From positions 10,478,001-10,542,000 of the forward strand of contig JBHGNT010000014.1 of assembly GCA_043228905.1 (NCBI GenBank): DNA of 64,000 nucleotides, in the 5' to 3' direction. The first letter of the stretch is position 1. Every line of letters begins with the position of its first letter. The notes below the pieces were generated by a model, which was given only the letters and a program-made list of their open reading frames with translations, was not told the origin of the DNA and searched no databases. This stretch comes from Azolla caroliniana (lineage: Eukaryota > Plantae > Polypodiophyta). Below, one piece after another: positions 11,649 to 24,601 of the stretch. Position numbers and translations under genes: made by a program.

Positions 11649-12743
11649 AATGGCCGTACTAGTGGAGTCCCTAGGGAGGAAAGGATATGTAGGTTATGTC
11701 ACATAGAGATAGAGGATGAGTACCACTTTACTTGCAAGTGTCCAACCTATGCCGAGATAAGGGCACAATACCGAGACATACTTGGTCCGTCTCCCACCCT
11801 CCCCAAACTATTAGATACTCTAGATATAAAGAAATTAGGCAAATACATTCTAGCGCTAAAACAACACAGAGAGAATAAATTACAAAATGTTGACAATAAT
11901 GCTGCTAATGATCACGAACATGTAACAAATGCAGTTTTTCAGGAACCTGAGGAGACAACGAATGCCGACACACTTGCACCACTCGGCCTTTCCATTGATG
12001 AGGCAGAAAACCAGAGAAGAACCAGAGAAGAACCAGACGTCCTCGGGTGCCGGGTTTCAAAACAACTCAACGTGATGTGGACGCAATATTGAAAATAAGG
12101 GAACGTGAGCTACACCGCCTAGAAGCCATGGCTAGGGCACTCTCTACATTGGAACCCACATCAAGACCCTTTTACCCCCCACTTCTTTTCGAGAGGCTTG
12201 GGTGGAAATAAAATTAGGCTTAGTGTATAATCACTTTCGAGTATACTACATATTGTACACTACTAGAACTCTTTTAGTTTAAGTTCTATTTTTTTTTTTA
12301 CTTAATTTTATTTTTAGTTATGATGACTGGATAAATACTCTATTGTTGTAAACCAATTGTCTCATGGGCCAAATTTGGCCTTAGAAGACGTTAATACACC
12401 TTTCTTTCTTTCTTTCTTTCTCTCTTCCTCTCACACACATATCACTTAATCTTCTCCTTAACTTAATCACATATTTAGGTACTAATTAACCTTCTTAATT
12501 ACCTAATTAAGATAAATGTCAGATTAGTGCTTACATTCCTTGAAAATCAACACACCTTTGTTAAAAAATAGTACTAATTAAATTAAGGGAATGAATTATA
12601 TTTTTTCAATAATACTGATTGCATGAGTTGGAGGTTCCATTCATTTCCAACTAAACTACATATGTTCCGCACATTAATTACCGATGACAACCAATTGAGA
12701 TTTAAATGGTAATGAGATACCTAATTTTATACAAAATTTACTA

Positions 12744-12817
12744 GCTTCAATAACTCAGTTGGTTAGAGCATATGGTTGTTAACCATAAGGTCGAAGGTTC
12801 AACCCCTCCTTGGAGCG
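12744..12817 (+). pseudogene. tRNA-Asn(GTT) degenerate copy
   Basis: 74-nt match to array consensus with D-stem and T-stem mismatches. Confidence 0.8.
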
Positions 12818-13048
12818 ACATGAGTTGAACCTCTGTGGTGCATTCCTTGAGAGTAAACATATCTTTGTTAAAAATAGTACTAATTAAATTAAGGGAAGGA
12901 ATATAATTTTTCAATAATACTAATTGCATGAGTTGGAGGTTCCATTCATTTCCAGCAAAACTACATATGTTCCACACATTAATTGCCGGTGATGACCAAT
13001 TCAGATCTAAACGGTAATGAGATACCTAATTTTATACAAAATTTACTA

Positions 13049-13122
13049 GCTTCAATAACTCAGTTGGTTAGAGCATATGGCTGTTGACCATAAGTTCGAA
13101 GGTTCAACCCCTCCTTCGAGCA
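13049..13122 (+). pseudogene. tRNA-Asn degenerate copy
   Basis: Part of a ~305-bp local duplication; several stem mismatches. Confidence 0.75.
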
Positions 13123-13491
13123 ACATGTCAAGATTAGCTATTAAACCCATGTACTTGAGGCTATGAATATGAACTACATAAAAAAGCACATGAATATATT
13201 ATGATTGTTTTATAACCTAAGTATGTTATTAAAGCAAAGATGAGAATACAAAACACGTTATGTCATGTATTTAATTACAAGTGAGCTAACAAGATACATG
13301 TATTAAAAAAGGAAGCCGAGTATACCCTGCTCTGAATCCTCAGCAAATCTATGGCGAGAAGTTAAAAATTGTAACGATAGAATGCATTAGGAAAATTGAA
13401 TTCACTGATAAGGACAACAAGTTCTATTTTAGAATTGAAGTCTGATGCATATACAATACCCTAAAAAAATGCCTCAACCTAAATGAGGGCT

Positions 13492-13565
13492 TGTTTTCAT
13501 TGAGAGTTGAACTCAACACCTCCCGCTTACGAAACAAGTGCTCTAACCAACTGAGCTACAAAAGC
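13492..13565 (-). pseudogene. tRNA-Thr(CGT) copy with several substitutions
   Basis: Reverse complement GCTTTTGTAGCTCAGTTGGTTAGAGCACTTGTTTCGTAAGCGGGAGGTGTTGAGTTCAACTCTCAATGAAAACA. Confidence 0.75.
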
Positions 13566-14360
13566 ACCTTCTTAATGTAAACACCACATAGAAAATTCTT
13601 CGACATTGCCACTTACAAAAGATAGTCCAACAAATTGAGGTTCAAATAATTTGGTATAGACAATTTGTATTCATGAATTCAAAATATAAGTAACCTTGCA
13701 CTAGGGAGATATTTCTTTATTCATAGACTAGACATAGTTATTGTGCCAAAAAAACAAATCTGAAAGTAAGTGAGCTAAATATAGGATTGTTGATTGCTTT
13801 TATTTAGCATCAACAATTCTATATTACCAAGTATCAGAAAAGGTAATGAAAAACTTTATTTTGTGCAGGATTTACGTAGTTTAAAACCTCATTTGGCTAG
13901 AGCATACGATTGTTTGCAATAAGATCAGAGGTTCAAACAATACGGAAATAAAATCTCTTTTATGATTGAAATTTGATGTGTATATAATACACTAAAACAA
14001 TGCCTCAAATTAAATAATTTGGATTTATCAATTACAAGGCCAAGGGGCCTTGCACCTGGTAGCTACTTCTCTATTAAGAAAAAAGACATAATTTATGCGC
14101 GAGAAATGAAAATCAAAAAGAATTGTGATAAATGTCAGATTAGTGCTTGCGTTCCTTGAGAGTCAACATATCTTTGTTAAAGAACATTCCAAATTAAATT
14201 GAGGGAAGCAATAATATGTTTTCGAATAATAGTAATTGCATGAGTTGGAGGTTCCATTCATTTCCAGGAAAACTACATATGTTACGCACATTATTTGCCA
14301 AGGACGACCAATTAAGATATAAATTTTAATGAGATACCTGATTTTGTGCAAAATTAACGT

Positions 14361-14434
14361 GCTTCAATAGCTTAGTTGGTTAGAGGGTATGGTTGTTAAC
14401 CATAAGGTCAGAGGTTCGACCCCTCCTTGGGGCG
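14361..14434 (+). pseudogene. tRNA-Asn degenerate copy (monomer-type unit)
   Basis: 74-nt match with D-stem and T-stem mismatches. Confidence 0.75.
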
Positions 14435-15172
14435 ACATGTCAAGATTAGCTATTAGACCCATGTACTTGAGCTATTAATATGAACCACATAAAAAATCAC
14501 ATGAATATGTGTTAATTGTTTTATAATCAACACATGTTATTAAAGCAAGATGACAATACAAACCATGTTATCTATGTATTTCATTAGAAGTTAGCTGATA
14601 AGATGCACACACTCAAAAAGAAAGATGGGTATACCCTTCTCTACATCCTCAAGAGAAACTTTGAGAGGAGTTAAAACTCGATCGACCTATAGAAGTGTTC
14701 GAGCCCACCAAATTGTAACGACACCATGGGTTAGCATATTTTGATTCACGGATAAGGAAAACAAGATCTCTTTTAAAATTGAAATTGCATGTGAATATAA
14801 TACACTAAAAAAATGCCTCAAACTAAATAATTTGGATTTACCAATTAAAAGGCCAAGGGGCCTTGCACTCGATAGCTACTTCTTTATTAAGAAAAAAGAC
14901 ATAATTTATGTGCGAGAAAGGAAACCCAAAAATAATTGAGATAAATGTAAGATTAGTGCTTGCGTTCCCTGAGAGTCAACAAATCTTTGTTAAAAAACAT
15001 TACAGATTTAATTGAGGGAAGCAATTATATTTTTTCAATAATAATAATTCTATGAGTTGGAGATTTCATTCATTTCAACCTAAACTACCTATCTTCCGTA
15101 TATTAATTGCCATGAACGACCAATTGAGATCTAAATGGTAATGAGATACCAAATTTTGTGCAAAATTTACGT

Positions 15173-15246
15173 GCTTCAATAGATCAGTTGGTTAGATCAT
15201 ATGTTTGTTAACCATAAGATCAGAGGTTAAACCCCTCCTTGGAGCA
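15173..15246 (+). pseudogene. tRNA-Asn strongly degenerate copy
   Basis: 812 bp after the 14361 copy; B box mutated (GGTTAAA). Confidence 0.7.
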
Positions 15247-16581
15247 ACATGTGAAGTTTAGATATTAAGCCCATGTACTAGAACGTATAAATATGAACTA
15301 CATAAAAAACCACATGAATATATGTTGATTGTTTTATAATTGGCCCATGTTATTAAAGCAAGATGAGAATATAAACCATGTCATCTCATGGATTTCATTA
15401 GAACTTAGCTAACAAGATACACGCGCTAAAAAACAATGACAGGTTTACCGTACTATGGATCCTCAGCAAAAACTTTGAGAGGAGTTAAAAATTGGTCGAC
15501 CTATAAAAGTGTTCAAGCCCACCAAATTGTAACGACACAATGGGTTAGGAGAATTGGATGCACGGATAAGGAAAACAAGATGTCATTGAATATTGAAATA
15601 CGATACATATATAATACACTAAAAAAATGCCTCAAACTAAATAATTTGGATTTATCAATTAAAAGGCCAAGGGGCCTTGCACTCGATAGCTACTTCTTTA
15701 TTAAGAAAAAAGACATAATTTATGTGCGAGAAAGGAAATCCAAAAATAATTGACATAAATGTGAGATTTGTGCTTGCGTTCCTTGAGAATCAACAAATCT
15801 TTGTTAAAAAACATTATAGATTAAATTGCAATTATTCTGATTAACCTATGCAAGTGTTCGAGCCCACCAAATTGTAACGACATAACGGGTTAGCAAAATT
15901 GGATTCACGGATAAGGAAATTGTGTCTTTGAAGATTGTAATACAATGCATATATAGTACACTAAAAAAATGCCTGAAACTAAATAATTTGGATTAATAAA
16001 TTAAAAGTACAAGGGGCCTTGCACTCCATAGGTATATCTTTATTCAAAAATACGAAATAAGTTCTGTGCGAAAAAAGAAATCCAAAATTAATTCAGATAA
16101 ATGTGAGATTAGTGATTGTGTTCCTAGAGACTCCACAAAACTTTGTTAAAAACCTGTTGAGAGATCAGGCTCAACTTAGTTTAGTTAGTTAGTCAACTAT
16201 GTAACTTCATAGTTACCTAGATAGAATCTAGTTAGAAGTGTTGACTATAAAACGTTAAATAGGACCTTGTACTTAAGTGGGATATTCTAGATCCCCCACT
16301 CCTAAGTACATTTAATATAGGACTTACACTTTTGTACCTATATTATCCTCACACATGTGCACCCTTGCACATGACATCTATATATAACTCATTGTAGGTA
16401 ATATTGTATTTTATGTTGATAATGCTAATTTAATATAGAGTTAATCATCCCCCATCTTCTGTTGCTCATAAGTGTACTTCTCTCTCTCTTCCTTTCACAC
16501 ACATATCACTTAATCTTCCGTTTAACTTAATCACATAATTAGGTACTAATTAACCATTCCTTAATTACCTAATTATTAACA

Positions 16582-16593
16582 TGGTATCAGAGC
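16582..16593 (+). promoter_or_regulatory. Primer binding site, initiator tRNA-Met
   Basis: TGGTATCAGAGC directly after the LTR end. Confidence 0.9.
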
Positions 16594-16651
16594 GTGTGGT
16601 TTAGAAAATCCACTAAACCCACCCGACTCCATGATTGTGTGTTCAAGACGC

Positions 16652-17453
16652 TGTCGTGAAGATCTGTCACTACATGCAGATCGTGAGGCGGAACCGCCGA
16701 AGTCCTGGACCAGAAGGATTCGAAGTTTGCATGAGCTTTAGCGCGAAGGGATGTAAGATAGATTGAGAGAGTGAGATCAATATTCAGATTCCAATTTATT
16801 TTGAGACATATTAAGGAAGAGAGAGATTGAACCCGTGACTTCAATTTGGAGGGTCCAGAAGATACATCACCAATAGGAACTAGTTTCTTAATACTAATTT
16901 TGATATAAAGTACAAAGCTTGCTTGATTTCCATTACTTTTTCCTCTAATCTTTTATAGATGCCCCCATGCATATGATGCATGTGACGGTACAAGACATGC
17001 ATACAATGCATGCTTGCCATTTCTGCGTTCATGCATCACATGTCATGCATGATGACCATGTCACTCATCCAAGCTCTTATGTATAGGAATTTACATGTAA
17101 AAATTATAACGATGAAAATAAACTTCAAAGAAATGGCTTGATTTAGTGGTAAGCATATTGGTTCTTATCTTGTAGGTGTAAGGATCAAGCTTGACTTGCA
17201 CCCCTTTGTATGCACCCAAATATTACTAGGCTTTAGTCATCTTCTTTTCTTATATTTACAATTGTGCGCACATCATACGGGGACATGTTTAACTTTACAT
17301 CTAGCTTTTCTTTTACAATTCTCATTTCAGTCCTATTTAGAACATGCTAGCATATGCGTGTGGCCTTCACCCATTTCACACGTGCACATTGCACCTTCTC
17401 GATTTCATTCAGTGCACACAATTTTCAGACCGTTGCCGAAAATCTTCACGACA
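16652..17453 (-). mobile_element. Solo LTR of the TGTCG...CGACA Gypsy group in the Copia 5' leader
   Basis: 12-bp inverted termini TGTCGTGAAGAT...ATCTTCACGACA; perfect TSD ACGC (16648-16651, 17454-17457); 16951-17002 is the reverse complement of ~61005-61055 in the LTR at 60617. Confidence 0.9.
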
Positions 17454-17558
17454 ACGCCAACGACAAAATGCGGCTATCAGCTACCATAGTGCCGCTACGT
17501 AGCACGTGTACGTGATCGAAGGAAGAAAAGAAAAAGAAGAGAAGACACTACAATCAAC

Positions 17559-20270
17559 ATGAACACACAAATGGGTAGCTCACTCCCTAGTGAAAAGCTA
17601 GACCGGAGCAATTATTCATCTCGAGAGTACAAGGTGACCAAATTCATCTTGTAAGCCAAGGGTATTAGAGCTACATTAACGACGCACAAGAAAATTGAAC
17701 CGACTGAAAGAATGCCGAGCATGCAACATGGGAGCAAGCGGTGAGTTGAGTCATGTATTGCTTGGCAACATGTGTCCACGACCATATGCTTAGCCACATT
17801 CAAGACGCCAAGATGCATAAAGAAGTGTGGGCGAACTTAAAGAAAATGTTCACTGCCAACACAACCGCCCGAAAGCTTCCACTCCGACAAGAGTTGAACA
17901 ACATTCAGCAAAAAGACATGTCTGTGTCGGACTACATTGCCAAGATCAAGAGCATTTGCGACTCGCTTGGTTCCATCAAAATAAACGTCGACGAAGATGA
18001 GATGGTTCAAGTATGCTTGAGTGGCCTCGCACAACGATTCGACTTGTTGAGGACGGAAATCTTGGCGAGGGAAAATCCTCCTTCGTTCGTCGACCGCAAA
18101 TCAATGTTATTGGTCAAAGAGAATCACGTCCGAATCGAGACGAAGACGTTGGAAGGACAAATGTTCTTCTCAAGCTTGGATGGTGGTCGAGGACGAGGTC
18201 ACGGTAGAGGAGGTCATGCCTGTAGAAGAGGCCAATTTGGCTCATCACAGAAGGGAACTCAAACCTTCACGAAAGCCATCGAGGAACCTTCGAAAGAAGG
18301 GGGAGCTTCCATGCTGAACAAGGTTGGCAAATGAGGCCCGCAACTTGCAACTATTGCGTAGAAATTGGCCGCCGTGAGGAGGAGTGCCGAAAAAGAAGAA
18401 GCAAGTTGGCTTCGACAAGTTAACAAGTCACGAATTACGCTAACAACTCTAAATACGACGACTACAACGGACTATTCGTAATCAGGCATATAGCGAACTC
18501 TATGTCGGTCTTCGAATCCACAAGCACCTCCAACTCGGAAGACGTGTGGTTCGTCGATTTCGGCGCCTCACATCTATGACATTACACCAAGAGTGGTTTC
18601 GTGACTTATGAACGCCAGACCGACACGGCTTCATAAAGACGGGAGACGACACCACACATCTCATTCGGCACATAGGAAATATCCCATTCGGGAAAGAAGG
18701 CGAACAAACATGCATCAAGAATGTCTTGCACGTGCCCACAATAACGAAGAATTTGGTCTAGGTCGGCCAAATCGTCAATCAAGGCATGCAAGTTCGCTTC
18801 AACAACGAAGGTTGTTTCATCGAGAAAGATGGCAGACTCTTAGCCAAGGGACGAAGAGAAGGTCGCATGTTCATCCTTGATTCGAATGAGGTGAAATTGG
18901 CCATGTATGCCAAAGTTCTCAAAACCGAGACAAGCATCGAGTTGTGGCATAAGAGAATCAACCACATAAACCTGCACTGGCTTCGAGCTATGCAAACAAA
19001 CAGATTCGTCATCGGATTTCCGACATTCGAGTCGAAATGAGTCGACCGAGTATGCGAAGTGTGTCAACTCGGCAAACAACATCGACTCCCATTCCCGAAG
19101 GAGAGCCACGCAAGAAAAGGACTCATCGACATCATACACTCGGATGTATGGGGACCGGCTCAAACGCCGACGATCGGCGGATGCCGATAATACGTAACCT
19201 TCACTGACGAATACTCGCGCTACGTGTGGACCTTAGCGATGAAGAAGTAGAGTGAAGTGTTCTCCCACTTCCAAAAGCTCAAGGGCCAAGATGAAAAAGA
19301 AACGGGTCGGCACATTCGATGCCTACAATCGGATGAAGGCAAGCAGTACTTCTCCGATGAATTCACCTCTTACCTCCAAAGTGAAGGCATTCGGATAGAA
19401 TTCTCGTGCCGACACACATCCCAATAGAATGGAGCAGCTGAAAGGAAGAATCGGCAAATACTTGAGGTAGCACGTGCCATGATGCATGAGAAGCAGATGC
19501 TGAACTTCTATTTGGCCGACACAGCATCCACTGTCGTCTATGACATGAATCGATGCACCACTAACTCCATACGAGCTCCTTGTCGGAAGCCGATCCTGTT
19601 GCACCTCAAGGTGTTCGGAAGCATTGCGAATGTACGCATCCAAATGAACAACAACAGAAGCCCCACGCAAAGTCAGAGGAATGTATCCTCATAGGATAGT
19701 CATCCGAGAATAAGGAATACAAGTGCTACAACCCTTCTACCCGAGCGGTTCGGGTAAGTCTTCGATGAGTCCGTATCCTGGTATGCACTAGAGAGAACTT
19801 CAACTCCTACTCTGCTCGACCCGGAATGCACCCAACAAGAGGTAGAAGATGGAGATCGCTTTAAACACATGTTGGAAGGAAGTTTGATTACGGCAAGGTC
19901 TAGTGGGACACAAGAGCCACCACGCAACCCAAGCACATCGCGGCCAAGTAAGATCTTGGACCAAGGCAAAGGTAAGATGCCTGAATATGAGGTTCATCAC
20001 CCCGACGATAGTGATTCGGATGTGTCGGCTCCCTCACTAGACAGTGAGTTCAGTGTACCCATCATGCGAACACCTAGAATAAAGAAAGCGCTCACATCGG
20101 CGATCGAAAAACTTCGACGCGTTTTCAGAGAGAAGAGTCATGTCACTCGGTTTGGCTACAAAACGTACATAGCCCATCACTATGGTTTCTCGCTGACGGT
20201 AGTGGCTGAACAAGAGCCCAAGAGCTCCACCGAAGTGGCACGTAACCCAGGATGGGTGGAAGTAGTCAAC
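17559..20270 (+). pseudogene. Copia gag-protease-integrase polyprotein, decayed
   Basis: Gag (ARKLPLRQELNNIQQ), zinc-knuckle remnant, VWFVDFGAS protease site, LWHKRINH, HSDVWGP, NGAAERKNR, ending at EPKSSTEVA. Start approximate. Confidence 0.85.
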
Positions 20271-20876
20271 TTTCTCCCACACACTATAAGCCTTCGTCAC
20301 CGGCTTGAGGGGGAGGAACCGAGATTGCCATGGCGAAGAAAGCCGAAGGCCGACGGAAGCACACAAAACCGACGAGAGCCAAAGTGGATGTCGAATACCT
20401 CACACTTGAGCTTGAGGGGGTGTGTTGAGAGATCAAGCTGAACTTAGTTTAGTTAGTTAGTCAACCATATAACTTCATAGTTACCTACAGAGAATTCAAT
20501 CAGAAGTGTTGACTATAACACCTTCAATAGGACCTTGTACTTAAGTGGGATATTCTATATCCTCCACTCCTAAGTACATTTAATATACAACTTAAACTTT
20601 CATCCCTATATTATCCTCACACATGAGCTCTCTATATACCTCATTGTAGGTATTTTTGTTTTTGATGATGATAATGCTAATTTAATATAGAGTTAATCGT
20701 CCCCCATGTTGTGTTGCTCATAAGTGTACTTCTCTCTCTCTTCCTCTCACACTCATTCACACACATATCACTTAATCTTCCGCTTAACTTAATCATAAAA
20801 TTAAGTACAAATTAACCCTTGCTTAATTACCTAATTATTAACAAAACTATAACCTAATTTTATAGAAAATTTACAT

Positions 20877-20950
20877 GCTTCAATAGCTCAATTGGTTAGA
20901 GCGTGTGGTTGTTAACCATAAGGTCGGAGGTTCAACCCCTCCTTGGAGCG
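20877..20950 (+). tRNA. tRNA-Asn(GTT), near intact
   Basis: Cloverleaf stems pair; G15>A and C32>T relative to array consensus. Confidence 0.6.
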
Positions 20951-22529
20951 ACATGTCATGATTAGCCATTAAACCCATGTAGTTGAGCCTACAAACATGG
21001 ACTACATAAAAAAGCACATGAATACATTATGATTGTTTTATAATCTACGTATGTCATTAAAGCTAAGATCAGAATACAAACCACGTTATGTCATGTATTT
21101 AATTACAAGTGAGGTAACAAGATACATGTATTAAAAAATAAAGACGACTATACCCTGATTGGAATCCTCAACAAATCCATTCCGAGAAGCTCAAAATTGT
21201 AAGGATAGAATGGTTTCGGAAAATTGGATTCACAGATAATACAACAAGTTCTATTTTAAGATTGAAATACCATGCATATATAATACACTAAAAAAATGCC
21301 TCAACCTAAATGAGGACTTGTTACCATGACTTTGGCTTGCTTTCATTGAGAGTTGAGGGAAATAGGTGCTCTAACCAACTGAGCTACGAAAGCACCTTCT
21401 TAATGTACACACCACATAGAAAATTCTTCGACATTATCACCTACAAAAGATTGTCCAACAAATTGAGGTTCAAATAATTTGTATTACACGGTTCGTATTA
21501 ATGAATTCAAAATACAAGGAACCTTACACTAGGGAGATATGTCATTATTCACAAACTAGGCATAGTTATTGTGCAAAACAAACAAATCTGAACGTAAGTG
21601 AGCTAAATGTAGGATTATTCATTGCTTTTATTTAACATCAACAATTCTATATTAAGAAGTATCAAAAAAGGTAATGAAAAACTTTTTTTTGTGCAAGATT
21701 TACGTAGTTCAAGAGCTCATTTGGCAAGGCGTACAATTGTTATCTATAAGGTTAGAGGTTCAAGCCCTACTGGGAGAGACATATCAAGTTTAGATATTAA
21801 CCCCATGTACTTGAACCTATAAATATGAACTATATAAAAAGCACATGAATATATGTTGATTGTTCTATAAGCACATGAATATATATTGTTTGTTTTATAA
21901 TCGACGCATGTTATTAAAGCAAGATGTGAATACAAACCATGTTATCGCATGGATTTCATTAGAACTTAGCTACCAAGAATGACAAGTATACCTTGCTCTA
22001 CATCCTCATCAAAAAATTTGAGAGGAGTTAAAAATTGATCGATCTATAGAAGTATTCGAGCCCACCAAATTGTAACGACACAATGGGTTAGCAGAATTCG
22101 GTTCACGGATAAGGAAAACAAAATCTCATTTAAGATTGAAATTCGATGTGTATATAATACACTGAAAAAATGCCTCAAATTAAATAATTTGGATTTATCA
22201 ATTATAAGGCCAACAGGCCTTGCACCTGGTAGATAGTTCTTTATTCAGAAAAAAGACATAATTTATGCGCGAGAAATGAAATCCAAAAATAATTCAGATA
22301 AATGTGAGATTAGTGCTTGCATTCCTTGACAGTCAAAGTATCTTTGTTAAAAAACAGTACGAATTAAATTAAAGGAAGCAATTATTAATTTTCAATAATA
22401 ATAATTGCATCAGTTGGAGGTTCCATTCATTTCCAACTAAACTACATATCTTCCGCACATTAATTGCTGGTGAGGACCAATATAGTTCTTAATGGTAATG
22501 TGACGCCTAATATTATACAAAATGTACAA

Positions 22530-22603
22530 GCTTCAATACCTAAGTTGGTTAGAGCATATGCTTGTTAAACATAAGGTCGGAGGTTCAACCCCTCCTTGCA
22601 GAA
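22530..22603 (+). pseudogene. tRNA-Asn degenerate copy
   Basis: Broken acceptor and D stems. Confidence 0.7.
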
Positions 22604-23055
22604 ACATGTCAAGACTAGTTATTAAACCAATGTACTTGAGCCTATGAATATGAACTACATAAAAAAGCACATGAATATATTATGATTGTTTTATAATGTA
22701 CGTGTGTCATTAAAGGAAGATGAGAAAACAAACCACCTTATGTCATGTATTTAATTACAAGTGAGCTCGCAAGATACATGTATTAAAAAATAAAGAGGAG
22801 TATGCCTATGTCATGTCTGTAATTACAAGTGACCTAACAAGATACATGTATTAAAAAAGAAAGACCAGTATACCCTGGTCTGAATCCTGAGCAAAACCAT
22901 TGCGACAAGTTAAAAATTGTAACGATAGAATGGTTTAGGAAAATTGGATTCACGAATAAGGACAACAAGTTCTATTTTAAGATTGAAATATGATGCATAT
23001 ATAATACACTAAAAAAATGCCTCAACCTAAATGAGGGAAAACCATGACTTGGGCT

Positions 23056-23129
23056 TGCTTTCATTGAGAGTTGAACTCAAGACCTCCCGCTTACGAAACA
23101 GGTGCTCTAACCAACTGAGCTATGAAAGC
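23056..23129 (-). tRNA. tRNA-Thr(CGT), apparently intact
   Basis: GCTTTCATAGCTCAGTTGGTTAGAGCACCTGTTTCGTAAGCGGGAGGTCTTGAGTTCAACTCTCAATGAAAGCA: perfect acceptor, D and T stems; two G-U pairs in the anticodon stem; TTTT about 14 nt downstream. Confidence 0.8.
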
Positions 23130-23446
23130 ACTTTTTGAAGAAATGTAAACACCACATAGAAAATTCTTTGAGATTCCCATTTACAAAAGATAGTCTAAGA
23201 AATTGAGTTTCAAATAATTTGGTATAGACAATTCATATTAATGAATTCAAAATACAAGGAACCTTGCACTAGTGAGCTATTTTCCATTTTCACATACTAG
23301 ACATAGTTATTGTGCCAAAAAAACAAATCTAAAAGTAAGTGAGTTAAATATAGGATTATTGATTGCTTTTATTTAGCATCAACAATTCTATATTACCAAG
23401 TATCAGAAAAAGGAATGAAAAACCTTATTTTGTGCAAGATTTACGT

Positions 23447-23520
23447 AGTTCAAGAGCTCATTTCGCTAGAGCGTACGGTTGTTAGCTATAAGGTCAAAGG
23501 TTCAAGCCCTCCTTGGAGAG
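23447..23520 (+). pseudogene. Variant-B tRNA-Asn pseudogene (representative; also ~21707, 25615, 27318, ~28000 partial, 30571, 32168, 33261, 44893, 46125, 51167)
   Basis: Shared diagnostic sequence AGTTCAAGAGCTCATTTCGCTAGAGC...GGTTCAAGCCCTCCTTGGAGAG; A box and acceptor stem broken. Confidence 0.82.
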
Positions 23521-23678
23521 ACATCTGAAGTTTAGATATTAACCCCATGTACTTGAACCTATAACTATGAACTACGTAAAAAAGCACATGAATATATGTT
23601 GTTTGTTTTATATTCGACGCATGTTATTAAAGAAAGATGAGAATACAAACTATGTTATCGCATGGATTTCATTAGAAC

Positions 23679-24541
23679 CATAGAATGAACCATTCGTATC
23701 ATACGTGCATTCGCATTCGCGAATGATTCAATAATACATGTATGGTAAATCATCTTAACGTTGGATTGGATACATAAGAATGGTATTGATTGAATCACAT
23801 GTAATAGGTTTCAATACTTTAGAAATTATTAAAGTACTAAACATTAGAAAGAGAGAGAAAGAGGGAGACAGAGCAAGAGAGTGGCAGGTAGTTTCAATAC
23901 TTTAGAAATGCTTAAAATACTAAACATTAGAAAGAGAGAGAAAGAGGGGGACAGAGCAAGTGTTATGAGCTAAAGCTTTAACTTCTATGGCAGTATTCCC
24001 AAGACCATTCACTTCCTTCTCTTCGTCGTCCTCAGATTCTTCATATTTTTCATATTTTTCTGATCATCACCATCATCGTGATGACTCTAATTCTGATTTT
24101 GTTTTTGAGGATCACCATGGTCCATGACTATCATTCATCTGATTATGAGGATCACCATGACTATGATTCATCTGATTCTCGTCGACATGGTGGATCAAGC
24201 TTATGTTCTTCTTGCTCATCATCACGGTGTTCTTGAGATTAATGTTGGCTCTGAGCATGTCCCTAGCTCTAAGGATCTCCTCCCTCATCCTCTCCACGAT
24301 CATGAGCCACACCTACTGCCCAGAGCTCCCCATCGCTCCCCATGAATTATACTGAGGAGGTTGAGATATAGCAGAAACCATGGATCATTGCATCCATGGC
24401 CTGGCGGCAGAGTCGTTGTAAAGAAGAACGCCATAGCCATACCCGAAGACACAACAGAATTGTTGGAGAAATCATGGTCACCAAGATATGGCGGATGAGT
24501 GGCGTTCTGATCATGAGTAGCAGAAGAAGATTCATGAGGAG

Positions 24542-24601
<60 letters not shown>

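Larger units (their letters stand above)
7506..12420 (+). mobile_element. Near full-length two-ORF LINE with (TTTC)n tail; APE-RT type, RTE-X/L2-like C-terminus (clade is inference)
   Basis: ORF1 and ORF2; (TTTC)5 tail at 12401-12420; inserted in a CT-rich tract of the Copia LTR, possible TSD CTTTC. Confidence 0.92.
6850..12509 (+). mobile_element. 3' fragment of an RT-less Copia: internal end, PPT and LTR (7179-12509, split by a LINE, last bases lost)
   Basis: 6850-7178 is homologous to ~20075-20422; TTGAGGGGGCG precedes TGTTGAGAGATC at 7179; LTR sequence resumes at 12421. Confidence 0.88.
12510..16154 (+). repeat. tRNA-containing macrosatellite, block 1
   Basis: Repeated AT-rich units; Asn-derived copies at 12744, 13049, 14361, 15173; Thr copy at 13492. 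Confidence 0.9.
16155..20843 (+). mobile_element. Ty1/Copia element with both LTRs, gag-PR-IN, lacking RT/RNase H
   Basis: LTRs 16155-16581 and 20423-20843 (TGTT...AACA); PBS TGGTATCAGAGC 16582-16593; PPT TTGAGGGGG; TSD AAACC/AAACT. Confidence 0.93.

Noticed and set aside
15436-15753. Recurring 60-105 aa ORFs in the satellite (also 24725, 30777, 32446, 33506, 45785, 52971, 53808) as a peptide gene family
   Set aside because: Starts, stops and frames vary between copies and there are no recognisable motifs; recurrence only reflects the DNA repeat.
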